Of a stretch of DNA of 64,000 bases, positions 31,118-40,991 are shown piece after piece (position 1 is the first letter of the stretch; each line of letters begins with the position of its first letter). The notes under the pieces are model-generated. The model saw only the letters and a program-made list of their open reading frames with translations. It did no database searches and had not been told where the DNA came from. The DNA lies in assembly GCA_965249725.1 (NCBI GenBank), contig CBDFMQ010000001.1, positions 128,001-192,000 on the forward strand, read 5' to 3'. The position numbers were made by a program, and so were the translations under genes. Source of the stretch: Longimicrobiales bacterium (GTDB lineage: Bacteria; Gemmatimonadota; Gemmatimonadetes; Longimicrobiales; Gaopeijiaceae).

Positions 31118-31443
31118 TCGACGTTTTTCAGGGAAGACGGGCCTCCTCGCATTTTCGCCCAATGTGGACAAGTGAAGCAGATGCCCAACTTCGACATTGA
31201 TTACCGTTTCGATATGAAAACTGTGGAAAACTCGGGCTCAGGGGCGACGTGAAGGCCCGACGGGGCGGTGCCCGCCGCTCTGCGCCGGAGGTGATTCTCG
31301 GATCGCCCCGGAGGTGATCTGGTGGATGGAATGGTGCGAGAGCCCCGCGGACTTCCTACATTCTTGCCGCGGGGCCCACGTATCGGTTGTCCTTCACTTC
31401 GGGACCACCGATCGGAGGGTGTTCACTGACGACAGTCGAGTCC

Positions 31444-33102
31444 ATGACGCGATCCAACGACCAAGAAATTCTGGATGGGTGGAAGGATGAGCCCGCGCCG
31501 CTCCTCCCGATCCTGCAGGCTCTGCATGATCGAGATGGGTATCTGTCCGAAGAGGCGTTGAGGGCCGTGGCGGTGGGGCTCCGCATCCCGATCGCCGACC
31601 TGTTCGGGACGGTGACGTTCTACCACCACTTCTCTCGCGAGCCGGGCGGCCTCCACGCTCCGAGGGTGTGCACGGGCCCCATCTGCAAAATGAGGGGGGC
31701 CGACGCGGTGGTCGCCGGCCTCGACGGCGCGACGCCCATGCCCTGCTCAGGCCGATGTGACGATCCGATCCCTGTCTTGAGAGGCCACGAGACGCTGGTG
31801 GGGCCCTCTGCCGACAGCCTCGAGTCTCGACCGTCACCCTTGCCGCCGGCAGCACCCGAGGGTGTCGAGGAGTGTGTCTTCTCTGGCATCCGCGAGCCCG
31901 GTCGCGCAAGCCTGGACGGCTACGAGAACACGGGTGGGTATGACGCTCTCAGGTCTGTCGTCGAGAAGAATCCGGAAGAGCTGCTCCAGCTGATCGCCGA
32001 TTCGGGCCTGGCAGGGCGGGGCGGGGCCGGTTTCCCCACAGGCGTGAAATGGAAGGCCGTGGCGGATGCGGAAGGGTTCCCGAAGACCATCGTCTGCAAT
32101 GCCGACGAAGGTGAGCCCGGGTGCTTCAAGGATCGTTGTCTCATGGACTATGATCCGCACGCAACAGTGGAGGGAATGGCCTTGGCGGCCTACGCCACAG
32201 GGGCTACGCGAGGCTTCATCTACCTCAGATACGAGTATCCGGAGACCGAGCAAGTGCTCGCTCAGGCGCTGGCCGATGCCGGCGACGCCGGGCTCCTGGG
32301 GTCGGGCATTCTGGGCACGGACTTCTCCTTCGATCTCTACCTGAGGCGAGGCGCCGGCGCGTACATCTGTGGTGAAGAGACGTCTTTGCTCAATAGCCTC
32401 GAGGGCAAGCACCCGTTCCCGCGGAACCGGCCTCCGTACCCGGTCACCCACGGCTTCGAGGACCTTCCCACCGTGGTCAACAACGTGGAGACGCTGGCCT
32501 CGGTTGCGCCTATCGTGAGAAACGGTGCGGACTGGTATCGAGATTTGGGTCGCGGAGAGCAAGCCGGGACCAAGGTGATCAGCCTGTCCGGCGATGTCGC
32601 TCGACCGGGCAACTACGAGGTACCGCTGGGCTTTCCCCTCATGGAGCTCATCGACTGGGCGGGTGGCACATCAGGTGATGGCACGATCCAGGCGGTCACG
32701 ATGGCCGGGCTCTCCGGTGGCTTCTTGGCCGGAGAGGATCTGGACGTGACCCTCGACGAGCCGAGCATCCGATCGAAGGGGTCCTTCCTCGGAGCGGGGG
32801 GAATCATGGTCTTCGACGACACCCGCGACATGATCGAGGTATCCCATCAGGCCATGGAGTTCTTCGCGCACGAGTCGTGCGGCAAGTGCTTCCCGTGTCG
32901 TATCGGTACGCAGAGGCTCATGGAACGACTGGCTGGGAAGGAGGGTCCCAAGGAGTTGGAGCCTTGGATCGACGAGGTGGCCGATCTGGGCAAGACGATG
33001 ATGGAGACGAGTGCGTGCGGCTTGGGCATGGCCGCTCCGCTGATAACGAACAGCCTGCTGAAGTACTTTCCCCAGCAGGTGTCCGATCACGTGACGAGGT
33101 AG
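31444..33102 (+). CDS. NADH-binding subunit of formate dehydrogenase: NuoE-like/NuoF-like (FdsG-FdsB) fusion
   Basis: TFYHHF, VCTGPIC..CSGRC (2Fe-2S); SGLAGRGGAGFPTGVKW, NADEGEPG, GAGAYICGEETSL and ESCGKCFPCR...CGLG. Confidence 0.9.
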   Translation: MTRSNDQEILDGWKDEPAPLLPILQALHDRDGYLSEEALRAVAVGLRIPIADLFGTVTFYHHFSREPGGLHAPRVCTGPICKMRGADAVVAGLDGATPMPCSGRCDDPIPVLRGHETLVGPSADSLESRPSPLPPAAPEGVEECVFSGIREPGRASLDGYENTGGYDALRSVVEKNPEELLQLIADSGLAGRGGAGFPTGVKWKAVADAEGFPKTIVCNADEGEPGCFKDRCLMDYDPHATVEGMALAAYATGATRGFIYLRYEYPETEQVLAQALADAGDAGLLGSGILGTDFSFDLYLRRGAGAYICGEETSLLNSLEGKHPFPRNRPPYPVTHGFEDLPTVVNNVETLASVAPIVRNGADWYRDLGRGEQAGTKVISLSGDVARPGNYEVPLGFPLMELIDWAGGTSGDGTIQAVTMAGLSGGFLAGEDLDVTLDEPSIRSKGSFLGAGGIMVFDDTRDMIEVSHQAMEFFAHESCGKCFPCRIGTQRLMERLAGKEGPKELEPWIDEVADLGKTMMETSACGLGMAAPLITNSLLKYFPQQVSDHVTR

Positions 33103-33106
33103 CCGC

Positions 33107-35827
33107 ATGAGTGGACCCAACGGAAAGGCTCAGGAAGACCTCACGCTCTTCCTGGACGGCGAGGAAGTCCCGTTCGCCCGTGGAGAGACCATCTACGAGG
33201 TGGCGGAACGCCACCAGCGCGAGATCCCGACGCTCTGTTACGACCCGCGGCTCGATCCGTTCGGCGGATGCCGGATGTGCATCGTCGAGCTGGAGGGCGC
33301 CCGCAACCCGGTGGCCTCCTGCACCACCCAGGCCACATCAGGGATGAAGGTGAAGACGAGTGGGGGACGGCTGCAGATGCACCGTCGCGTTCTGTTGGAG
33401 ATGCTCGCTTCGGAGAACCGGGACGTATCGGTGGATCCGCTTTCCGGGTATGCCAGTCAGGAGATGGGCACCCTCCTGGACCGCTTCGACGCGCGCACGG
33501 ACCGCTTCCAGGGTAAGCAGTCCGGGACCAGCCATGCGGACGATCCCAACCCGTTCATCCTCCGGGACTACGAGAACTGTATCTCGTGCTACCGCTGCGT
33601 CCGCGTGTGTGCGGAGCAGGAGGGGGATTACGCGATCTCGATCATGAACCGGGGCTTCGACACGCAGATCACGACCGAGTTCAACGGCGTGCTCAAGGAT
33701 TCTACCTGCACGTTTTGCGGGCAGTGCGTGCAGACGTGCCCCACAGGTGCGTTGGCCGATCTCAAGGCGCTGGCCAATGTGGATGTGCCTGGCGCCACCG
33801 AGAAGACACGCACCATCTGCACGTACTGCGGGGTCGGGTGCTCGATCGACATCCTGACGCGGGGTGATGAGATCGTCGGTGTGCTGCCGGCCATGGACGG
33901 CCCGGCCAACAACGGCGCGCTGTGCATCAAGGGGCAGTACGCCTACGACTTCGTCGGACACAGGGATCGACTGACGACTCCCTTCGTGCGGGGCGAGGAC
34001 GGCCAGCTCCGGCCTTCGACGTGGGACGAGGCACTCGACCGGGCCGCGGAGGGCCTGGGCAACGTCGTTAAGGAGCACGGGCGACATAGCCTCTACGCGA
34101 TCGCTTCGGGCCGCGCTCCCAACGAAGCCGCCTACGTGATGCAGAAGTTCGTGAGGGCGGGGTTGGGTACCAATTATATCGACAACTGTAGCCGTGCCTG
34201 ACACGCTCCTACCGTCGCCGGTCTGGCGGCAAGCATTGGACGGGGCGCCATGTCGAACCCGCTCGCCGACATGGACAAGCCCGATATGATCTTCTGCATC
34301 GGGACGAACATGACGGAAGCACACCCCGTCGCGGCGACGAGCCTGAAGAAGGCCCTGGCCAAGGGGGCGAAGATGATCGTGGCCGATCCGAGGCGGATCC
34401 GGCTCGCCGAACTGGCGCATCTCTATCTCCCCATCCGGGTGGGCTCTGACACGGCGTTGCTCTTGGGTATGGCCCACGTTATCGCGCGGGACGGCTTGGT
34501 GGACGAGGGCTTCATGCGGGAGCGAACCACCGAAGGCCGAGACTTCCTCGAGCACGTAAAGAGCTTCACGCCGGAGTGGGCCGCGGAGATCTGTGAGGTG
34601 CCCGCCGAGGACATCGAGAAGGCGGCCCTTTGGTACGCAAAGGCCGAGCGCGGGGCCATCTACTACACCCTCGGGATCACGGAGCACATCTGCGGCGTCG
34701 AGAACGTCATGAGTCTCTGTAACCTCGCCCTCATGACGGGGCATATCGGCCGTGAGGGGACGGGCATCAACCCTATGCGGGGCCAGAACAACATCCAGGG
34801 TGCCGGGGACATGGGGGCGCTGCCCAACAACTACCCGGGGTTCCAACCGGTCACGGATCCAGCTAATCAGGAGAAATTCGAAAAGGCCTACGGCACCAAG
34901 GTCGACCTCGAAAAGGGCATCACCAAGGTCACGGCCTTGGAGATGTGTGGAGATCAGATCCGCGCCATGCTCATCGACGGTGAGAACACGGTCGTGACGG
35001 ACCCGGATCGCACGCACTGCGAGCACGCGCTCAAGAGCCTGGATTTCCTCGTGGTCACCGACCTCTTCATGACGGATACGGCCGAGTTGGCGGACGTGGT
35101 CTTCCCGGCGGCAGGCTGGGCCGAGGTGGACGGGACGCAGACCAACACCGAGCGGAGAATCCAGCGACTGCGGGCTGCCGTGCCTCCGCAGGGTGACGCG
35201 ATGCCCGACTGGTGGATCATCTCTCAGCTCGCCAAGCGCATGGGGTTCGAGGGATTCGAGTACGAGGGGCCGCACGACGTGTTCAACGAGCTTTGTGAGC
35301 TGTCGACCACGTACCACGGTGTGAACTGGGACATGGTGGAGGACGGTGAGTACCAGTGGCCGATTCCCTTCGAGGGACATCCCGGCACGTTCCGGCTACA
35401 CGAAGAGGAGTTCGTCAACGGCCGCGGCATCCTCCAGCTGGTCGAGTACCGTGACCCGGCCGAGACCATCGATGACGACTACCCGGTGTGGCTCACGACC
35501 GGCCGCCGGCTGGAGTCCTACCACACTCGTACACAGACGGGGCGCTCGTCCGGAATCGACTATCTGCTTCCGGAGGAGCTCCTCGAGGTCCATCCGAAGG
35601 ACGTGGAGGACTGGGGGCTAGAGGATGGTGGCTGCGCCATCGTCTCCAGCCGGCGTGGGTCGGTGCGGGTGAAGGTGCAGGCCAACAACCGGTCTCCGAA
35701 GGGCACGGTGTTCACCTCGTTCAGCTTCAGCGACGTACCGGTCAACGTGCTCACGGGATCGGGTTACGACCCGGTGACGCAGACCGCCGAGTTGAAGGTC
35801 TGCCCCGTGAAGGTGGTGCCCGAGTAG
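33107..35827 (+). CDS. fdhF: Selenocysteine-containing formate dehydrogenase alpha subunit (Mo/W-bisPGD) with N-terminal Fe-S domains; Sec at TGA 34199-34201
   Basis: ORFs 33107..34201 and 34250..35827 share a frame: IDNCSRA-TGA-HAPTVAGLAASIGRGAMSN. Also CTYCGVGC, PMRGQNNIQG and LTTGR motifs. Confidence 0.93.
34214..34230 (+). promoter_or_regulatory. SECIS element of the formate dehydrogenase gene
   Basis: GTCGCC-GGTCT-GGCGGC hairpin starting 12 nt after the UGA; its GGTCT apex resembles the E. coli fdhF SECIS. Confidence 0.75.
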
Positions 35828-35873
35828 CGCAGAGGGTGCGGAGCGTCCACGGCCCGCCGGGCGCCGATACCGG

Positions 35874-36353
35874 CTAACCGCCGCTCGGAGCCCGGCCGTT
35901 CGACTCGTGTGACTGAACGATGGTCCACTCGCCGCCCCGCCGCTGATAAACGAACGTCCAGATCTTACCGTTCGTCCACTGTGCCACGCCGGCGGTGTCG
36001 ACGACCTCTGCGTGGAACACCCCTGTGAATGCCGCTCCGTCCGGACCGAGTACGAGCACATGCGCCGGATCCCAGGTCCCGCCAATGCTCGCTGAACGAG
36101 ACGCAAAGCCCGAAAAGGCGCTGTTGAGGGCGTCCCGGTCGGGGTAGATGCGACCACCGTCCACGTAGACGAGATCACCGGCATCGCTGAAGCGGGCGAC
36201 GAATGCGTCGCCGTCCAGGGTCGACAAGCCCATCACGAAGTCATTGGCCGCGTCCATGATCTCCTGGGCGATCACCGCGCGTTCTTCATCGGTCATCTCC
36301 GGGGCCGCGCAGGCCGCGGTCAGAACCAGCAGTACACAGGTAAGTGAGCGCAT
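35874..36353 (-). CDS. NTF2/SnoaL-like (DUF4440-type) lipoprotein
   Basis: Lipobox TAAC; C-terminal WTFVYQRRGGEWTIVQSHES. Confidence 0.75.
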   Translation of the reverse strand: MRSLTCVLLVLTAACAAPEMTDEERAVIAQEIMDAANDFVMGLSTLDGDAFVARFSDAGDLVYVDGGRIYPDRDALNSAFSGFASRSASIGGTWDPAHVLVLGPDGAAFTGVFHAEVVDTAGVAQWTNGKIWTFVYQRRGGEWTIVQSHESNGRAPSGG

Positions 36354-36399
36354 CGTGGCACCTCTCTTCGGGAGTTTCGGCGGTCGAGACTGCTATCTG

Positions 36400-36843
36400 C
36401 TACGGAGCCTGATCCTCGTCCAGGAGCAGGTCCGGTGTCGCTACCCTCTCCGGGTCTGCGGATGCCCGGCCAGCGCTGGCCCGAATTTCATCCACGACTT
36501 CCTTGAGGCGCTTGTAGGCCCCTTCCATCTCCTCTTCGACCTCGCTCGGGCTTCGGATGCCACGCTCTAGGTCCACGGCCAGCCAATTCAAGCGGCGCAC
36601 GACGTCGAGGAGCAGCCTGACGTGGGAGCGTAGGGCCCCGTACTGCCGGTGGCGAACCTGGGTTCTCGGTAGGTCGCTGATCATGTCGGCGATCCCCAAG
36701 GCGTCCGCGGCCCAGATGATGGGAAGCAGGAAGAGCATCCCCAGCACGACCCTGAGCGTGGGATCCGTGAAAACGAAGATGACGACGGCATCCATGACGA
36801 AAGCCGCGATGAGCACAACGCTGTAGAGCAGCTTGGATCGCAT
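36400..36843 (-). CDS. Hypothetical 2-TM protein with helical C-terminus
   Basis: Two N-terminal hydrophobic helices and a protein-like composition. Confidence 0.65.
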   Translation of the reverse strand: MRSKLLYSVVLIAAFVMDAVVIFVFTDPTLRVVLGMLFLLPIIWAADALGIADMISDLPRTQVRHRQYGALRSHVRLLLDVVRRLNWLAVDLERGIRSPSEVEEEMEGAYKRLKEVVDEIRASAGRASADPERVATPDLLLDEDQAP

Positions 36844-37022
36844 GCGGTTCGTGTCAGTCCCGTTTCGGGGGCTGTCGGCGCCGTGGGGTTCCGGTGGTGC
36901 GAGGCAGGTCGGCGAGACTAGTCCACCTTACCCAACCGCAGGCAAAGGCGCCAGGAGGATTTGCGCTGCGGGCCAGACCCTCGCAGGTAGCGGGCCGATC
37001 CTGCGTCTCGAGACCGTTCCCC

Positions 37023-37994
37023 TCAACGGGGGTCCGGGATCTGACCGTCCAGGATGGCGCGCAGCGCGCCCCGGGAGAGATTTCCTCCAGAAACGACGCA
37101 AACCACCTTGCCGCCCCCCGCCGATCCGGCGATCGCGGCGGCCACCGGCGCGGCGCCGGCACCTTCGGCGATAAGGCGGTTCCGGAGAGCGAGCAACCGG
37201 ATCGCCTCGACGACGGCCTCGACGCTCACGACCAGGGAGCCGTTCAAGAGTGTCCGCGCCAATGGCCACATCTCAGCGAGTACTCCCTTGCCTCCGATAC
37301 CGTCGATGAAGGTTGGGATTCGGTCGATCATGGTAGGCGTTCCCTTCTCGAGCGAGGCCTTCAAAGGCGCCGCCGTTTCGACCTCACACGCGAATACTCT
37401 CGTGCCCGGCTTGAGGGCTTTCACGGCCGAGGCGATCCCGCAGCTCAGGCCGCCGCCACCGTAGGGGACGAGCACGGTATCGACGTCGGGAAGATCCTCG
37501 ATGATCTCGATGCCCACAGTGCCGTTTCCGGCGATGACGGCAGGATCGCTCACGGGGTGGATGAAGAGTCCCGGCACTCCGGGGTGGTGATGATTCTCGA
37601 TCACCTGCCACCACTCGTCGAAGGGCAGGGGGATGGCCTCGGCTCCGAGTCGGCGGATCGCCTCCATCTTGGTGTCGGGAGCGTTGTCCGGGACCACGAC
37701 CCGGCAGGGGATGCCCAGACGTCGGGCATTCCATGCGACGCCCTGAGCCATGTTGCCGGCGCTCGCCGTGTAGACCCCCTCGGAGAGGAGGGTGGGGTCG
37801 GCCTGTGCCATGGCGTTCCCCGAGCCCCTCACCTTGAATGATCCGATGGGCTGGAGGTTCTCGAGTTTGAGGTAGATCTCGGCAGGCGCGTCGTCCACGT
37901 TGAGCGGCAGCAGCGGGGTCCGTAGCGCGACGCCCCTGATGCGTTCCCTCGCCTCTCGTATGGCTTCAAGAGGAATGGGCTCGATGGCTCTAAT
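37023..37994 (-). CDS. PLP-dependent serine/threonine dehydratase-family enzyme (start uncertain, possibly ATT at 37994)
   Basis: LKLENLQPIGSFKVRG, ASAGNMAQG, PYGGGGL and VSGGN. Confidence 0.88.
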   Translation of the reverse strand: MRAIEPIPLEAIREARERIRGVALRTPLLPLNVDDAPAEIYLKLENLQPIGSFKVRGSGNAMAQADPTLLSEGVYTASAGNMAQGVAWNARRLGIPCRVVVPDNAPDTKMEAIRRLGAEAIPLPFDEWWQVIENHHHPGVPGLFIHPVSDPAVIAGNGTVGIEIIEDLPDVDTVLVPYGGGGLSCGIASAVKALKPGTRVFACEVETAAPLKASLEKGTPTMIDRIPTFIDGIGGKGVLAEMWPLARTLLNGSLVVSVEAVVEAIRLLALRNRLIAEGAGAAPVAAAIAGSAGGGKVVCVVSGGNLSRGALRAILDGQIPDPR

Positions 37995-39006
37995 GGCGTA
38001 GGCCTCCCAGCGGCACCGACACCCCGATGCCCTCGGCCCGGGCACGCTCCAGCACGTACTGGGCGGACACGAGATCTTCGACCGCGAGACCCAGCGATTT
38101 GAACAACGTGATCTCCTTGTCGCTCTCCCGACCGGTCACTTCACCGAGGAGGATCTCACCGAGTTCCCCGACGATGTGGGTATCGTCGATGGCGCCTTCG
38201 ACCTTGGGAAAGAGAAAGTCGCCGGCCTCGTTCAAGGTCGATTCCCTGCGATCGACGAACAGTCGGGAACTCACCACCGCGTCGGTGTCGAGTTCCCGCG
38301 TGAACTTCACGCTGGAGCCGGCCGCGTTGATGTGGGTGCCCAGGGAGACCCAGTCTCCCTTGAGCACCGGCTCACGCGATGACGTCACCGTGCAGATGAT
38401 GTCCGCGTCTCGTGCGGCCTCTTCGGCCGACGTCACGGCCTCAACCGCGATACCGTGGCGTTCGCTCCCCTGCTCGGCGAAGGCGGCGCGGTTGGCTTCA
38501 GTCGGACTATACACTCGGACCTGCTCGATCGGCCGTGCCTCCAACATGGCCTCGAGGTGGGTCCGAGCCTGGACCCCGGAACCCAAGATGGCGAGCTCGG
38601 TGGAGTCCTCTCTAGCCAAGAGCTCCGTGGCCACTCCACTCGCGGCGGCGGTTCGGATGGCGGTCACCTCGCTCGCATCGAGGATCGCGATGGGCAACCC
38701 GTGCTCCGTGTCGAAGAGCACGACGAGGCCCTGATGAGAATCGTACTCCGTGCCGTGGTTGCCCGGGAAGACCGTTACCACCTTGAGCCCCAACGCCTCC
38801 GGAGATCCGGACATTCCAGGCATCAACCCCAGAATGCCGCGCTCCCCCGGAAGCCGCATCGCCGTCCTCAAAGGGTTCACGCCCTCGCCCCGCCCCAGGG
38901 AGCGGAAGGCCTCGGCCATCAGGTCCATGCACGCCCGCATGGGCAGAAGGTGGCGGACTTCAGGCTGGGTGAGGATCAGCGTGTCGGGGCCGGGCTGCGC
39001 ACTCAC
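37990..39006 (-). CDS. Ornithine cyclodeaminase/mu-crystallin family protein
   Basis: GLMPG, GLKVVTVFPGN, TAIRTAAASG, ILGSGVQA and LFKSLGLAVED. Confidence 0.92.
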   Translation of the reverse strand: MSAQPGPDTLILTQPEVRHLLPMRACMDLMAEAFRSLGRGEGVNPLRTAMRLPGERGILGLMPGMSGSPEALGLKVVTVFPGNHGTEYDSHQGLVVLFDTEHGLPIAILDASEVTAIRTAAASGVATELLAREDSTELAILGSGVQARTHLEAMLEARPIEQVRVYSPTEANRAAFAEQGSERHGIAVEAVTSAEEAARDADIICTVTSSREPVLKGDWVSLGTHINAAGSSVKFTRELDTDAVVSSRLFVDRRESTLNEAGDFLFPKVEGAIDDTHIVGELGEILLGEVTGRESDKEITLFKSLGLAVEDLVSAQYVLERARAEGIGVSVPLGGLRH

Positions 39007-39722
39007 CGTCGCACCACTTCCACGATCCGTACCGGCTCCTCGAGGATCTGCCCGCTCGTGTACTCGCTGTCCGAGGCGGCCGGAGCCCGGAGTTGGTCGA
39101 TGGCGCGCACCACATCCATTCCGCGAACGACCTGCCCGAAGGCCGCGAATCCCTGCATGTCCGCGTTCCGGGACTGGCCGTGATCGAGTCCCGGTTGGTC
39201 ACCGATGCAGATGAAGAACTCCGACGTGGCGGTCCCGACTCCCCCACGGGCCATGGAGATCGATCCATCGACGTGCAGGAGCCCAGTGTCTTCGGTGCTC
39301 TCGTGTGCGATGGCAGGGAACGCCCCGCGGCTCTCCTGGTTCGCGCCGCCCTGGATGACTTCGATCTTCGGGTTGCCGTTGTCGTTGTCGTATCGCACTA
39401 CCCGGTAGAAGCCACCGCCGTTGTAGTGCCCGGCATCGAGGTAGGCGAGGAAGTTGGCCACGGTGACCGGCGCCCGATCGGCGTAGAGCTCGAGGTCGAT
39501 GTCGCCCATGGCCGTGCGGATGGTGACAGCCACCGAACCGGAGTCTTGAGCGGCCAACGGGCCGGCACCCACCGTTGCACCCACCGTTGCCGCCGCGACG
39601 GCGACGACGAAGCGCGCCGCCCGCAAGGCTTTCCATGCCCTCGGCCCGATTCGCCCGTTCGACCCGTTGCTACCCGCTGTCGCTCTGATCATGGTCCATC
39701 TCCTGTGTCTCGCGGGGCTCAT
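39003..39722 (-). CDS. Cyclophilin-type peptidyl-prolyl isomerase, exported
   Basis: APVTVANFL, FYRVV, IQGG, SMAR, ATSEFFI and FAAFGQVVRGMDVV. Confidence 0.88.
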   Translation of the reverse strand: MSPARHRRWTMIRATAGSNGSNGRIGPRAWKALRAARFVVAVAAATVGATVGAGPLAAQDSGSVAVTIRTAMGDIDLELYADRAPVTVANFLAYLDAGHYNGGGFYRVVRYDNDNGNPKIEVIQGGANQESRGAFPAIAHESTEDTGLLHVDGSISMARGGVGTATSEFFICIGDQPGLDHGQSRNADMQGFAAFGQVVRGMDVVRAIDQLRAPAASDSEYTSGQILEEPVRIVEVVRR

Positions 39723-40945
39723 GCGTCGTACGCGTCGAGTAGCCCGAGAACGTGATCGATATCGGCTTCCGTATGATCTGCATTGATCTGCGTGCGAATC
39801 TCTTCGTCACCCTTCGGCACCACGGGATAGGCCAGCCCCGTTACGAGGACCCCGTTGTCGTAGAGGTAGTCCACGAGCGCTCGGGTCCGCTGCGTATCGC
39901 GGATCATGAGAGGGACCACGGGATGTTCACCGGGAATCGTCTCGATGCCCAGGCGTCCCAAACCCTCCTCGAAGCGCTTGGTGAGGCCGCGGAGCTTGTC
40001 CAAGAGGGCGAGACCCTCCGGGCTGTCCACGATCTGCAGTGACTTCAGACCCGCCATGGCTTCTCCGACCGTGATCGGGTTGGAGTAGATATAGGTCGGC
40101 GAACTCTCGCGCAGGAAGTTGATGACGGACTCGGGGCCCGTGACGTAGCCTCCGTTCACGCCGAAGGCCTTCCCTAGCGTGCCCACGAGGATGTCCACTT
40201 GTGGAGAGCCCGTGAACTCCTCGACGCCACGTCCGGTCTTGCCGAACGAGCCGACACCGTGCGAGTCGTCGACCAACACCACCGCGTTCTCCTCGAAGGC
40301 GCTGTCGTGGCGGGCGGCGACCTCCATGATCTCGTCGAGCGGCGCGTGATCCCCCCTCATGCTGAAGATCCCGTCGGTGACGATCAGCGCTCTCTTGGCC
40401 TTGCCCGCCCACTCGGAAAGAGCGCGGTCGAGGCCCGTCACTGAGTTGTGGTCGTAGACGACCTTGCCCGCGGGACGCGACAGTCGCATGGCGTTGATGA
40501 TGCAATTGTGGTTCAGGGCATCACTGATGAGGACCGTCTCTGAGGTGACCAGCGACGAGATGGTCGCGACGACGCAGCCGTAGGCGGACGAGAAGATCAT
40601 GGCCGACTCCCGCCCGTGGAAGTCCGCGAGTTTACGCTCGAGCTCCAGGTGTGCCGAGTACGACCCACTGATGAAGCGTACGGCACCGGGGCCCGCCCCG
40701 AACTCGGCGGAGCCGGCTTCCTCGGCACGGATGACTTCCGGGTTGAGCCCCAGCCCCAGGTAGGAATTGGAATTCATGCGGATGAATTCCTTGTCTCCCT
40801 CTCCCTCCAAGAGGAAGCGGGGGCCATGGTCGCCTTCGGCCCTACGGACGCCCGTGACCACGGTCTCCGCCCCCTTGGCGGTCCCGGCTTCAACGAGCCC
40901 GGCGACGTGGGCGTCCAGCACTCCTGTTATGCGATCGAGAGGCAT
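39719..40945 (-). CDS. kbl: Glycine C-acetyltransferase (2-amino-3-ketobutyrate CoA ligase)
   Basis: SNSYLGL, AVRFISG, SDALNHNCII, TDGIFSMRG, DDSHG, GTLGKAFG and YPVVPKG; adjacent to a tdh-like gene. Confidence 0.85.
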   Translation of the reverse strand: MPLDRITGVLDAHVAGLVEAGTAKGAETVVTGVRRAEGDHGPRFLLEGEGDKEFIRMNSNSYLGLGLNPEVIRAEEAGSAEFGAGPGAVRFISGSYSAHLELERKLADFHGRESAMIFSSAYGCVVATISSLVTSETVLISDALNHNCIINAMRLSRPAGKVVYDHNSVTGLDRALSEWAGKAKRALIVTDGIFSMRGDHAPLDEIMEVAARHDSAFEENAVVLVDDSHGVGSFGKTGRGVEEFTGSPQVDILVGTLGKAFGVNGGYVTGPESVINFLRESSPTYIYSNPITVGEAMAGLKSLQIVDSPEGLALLDKLRGLTKRFEEGLGRLGIETIPGEHPVVPLMIRDTQRTRALVDYLYDNGVLVTGLAYPVVPKGDEEIRTQINADHTEADIDHVLGLLDAYDA

Positions 40946-40991
40946 CTTTGCTATCTCCGGGTGTTTGAAGGCAGCCGTCGAGCGGGCAGTC

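Noticed and set aside
33338..35380. 680-aa minus-strand ORF
   Set aside because: Antisense shadow of the formate dehydrogenase gene, expected in high-GC DNA; no motifs.
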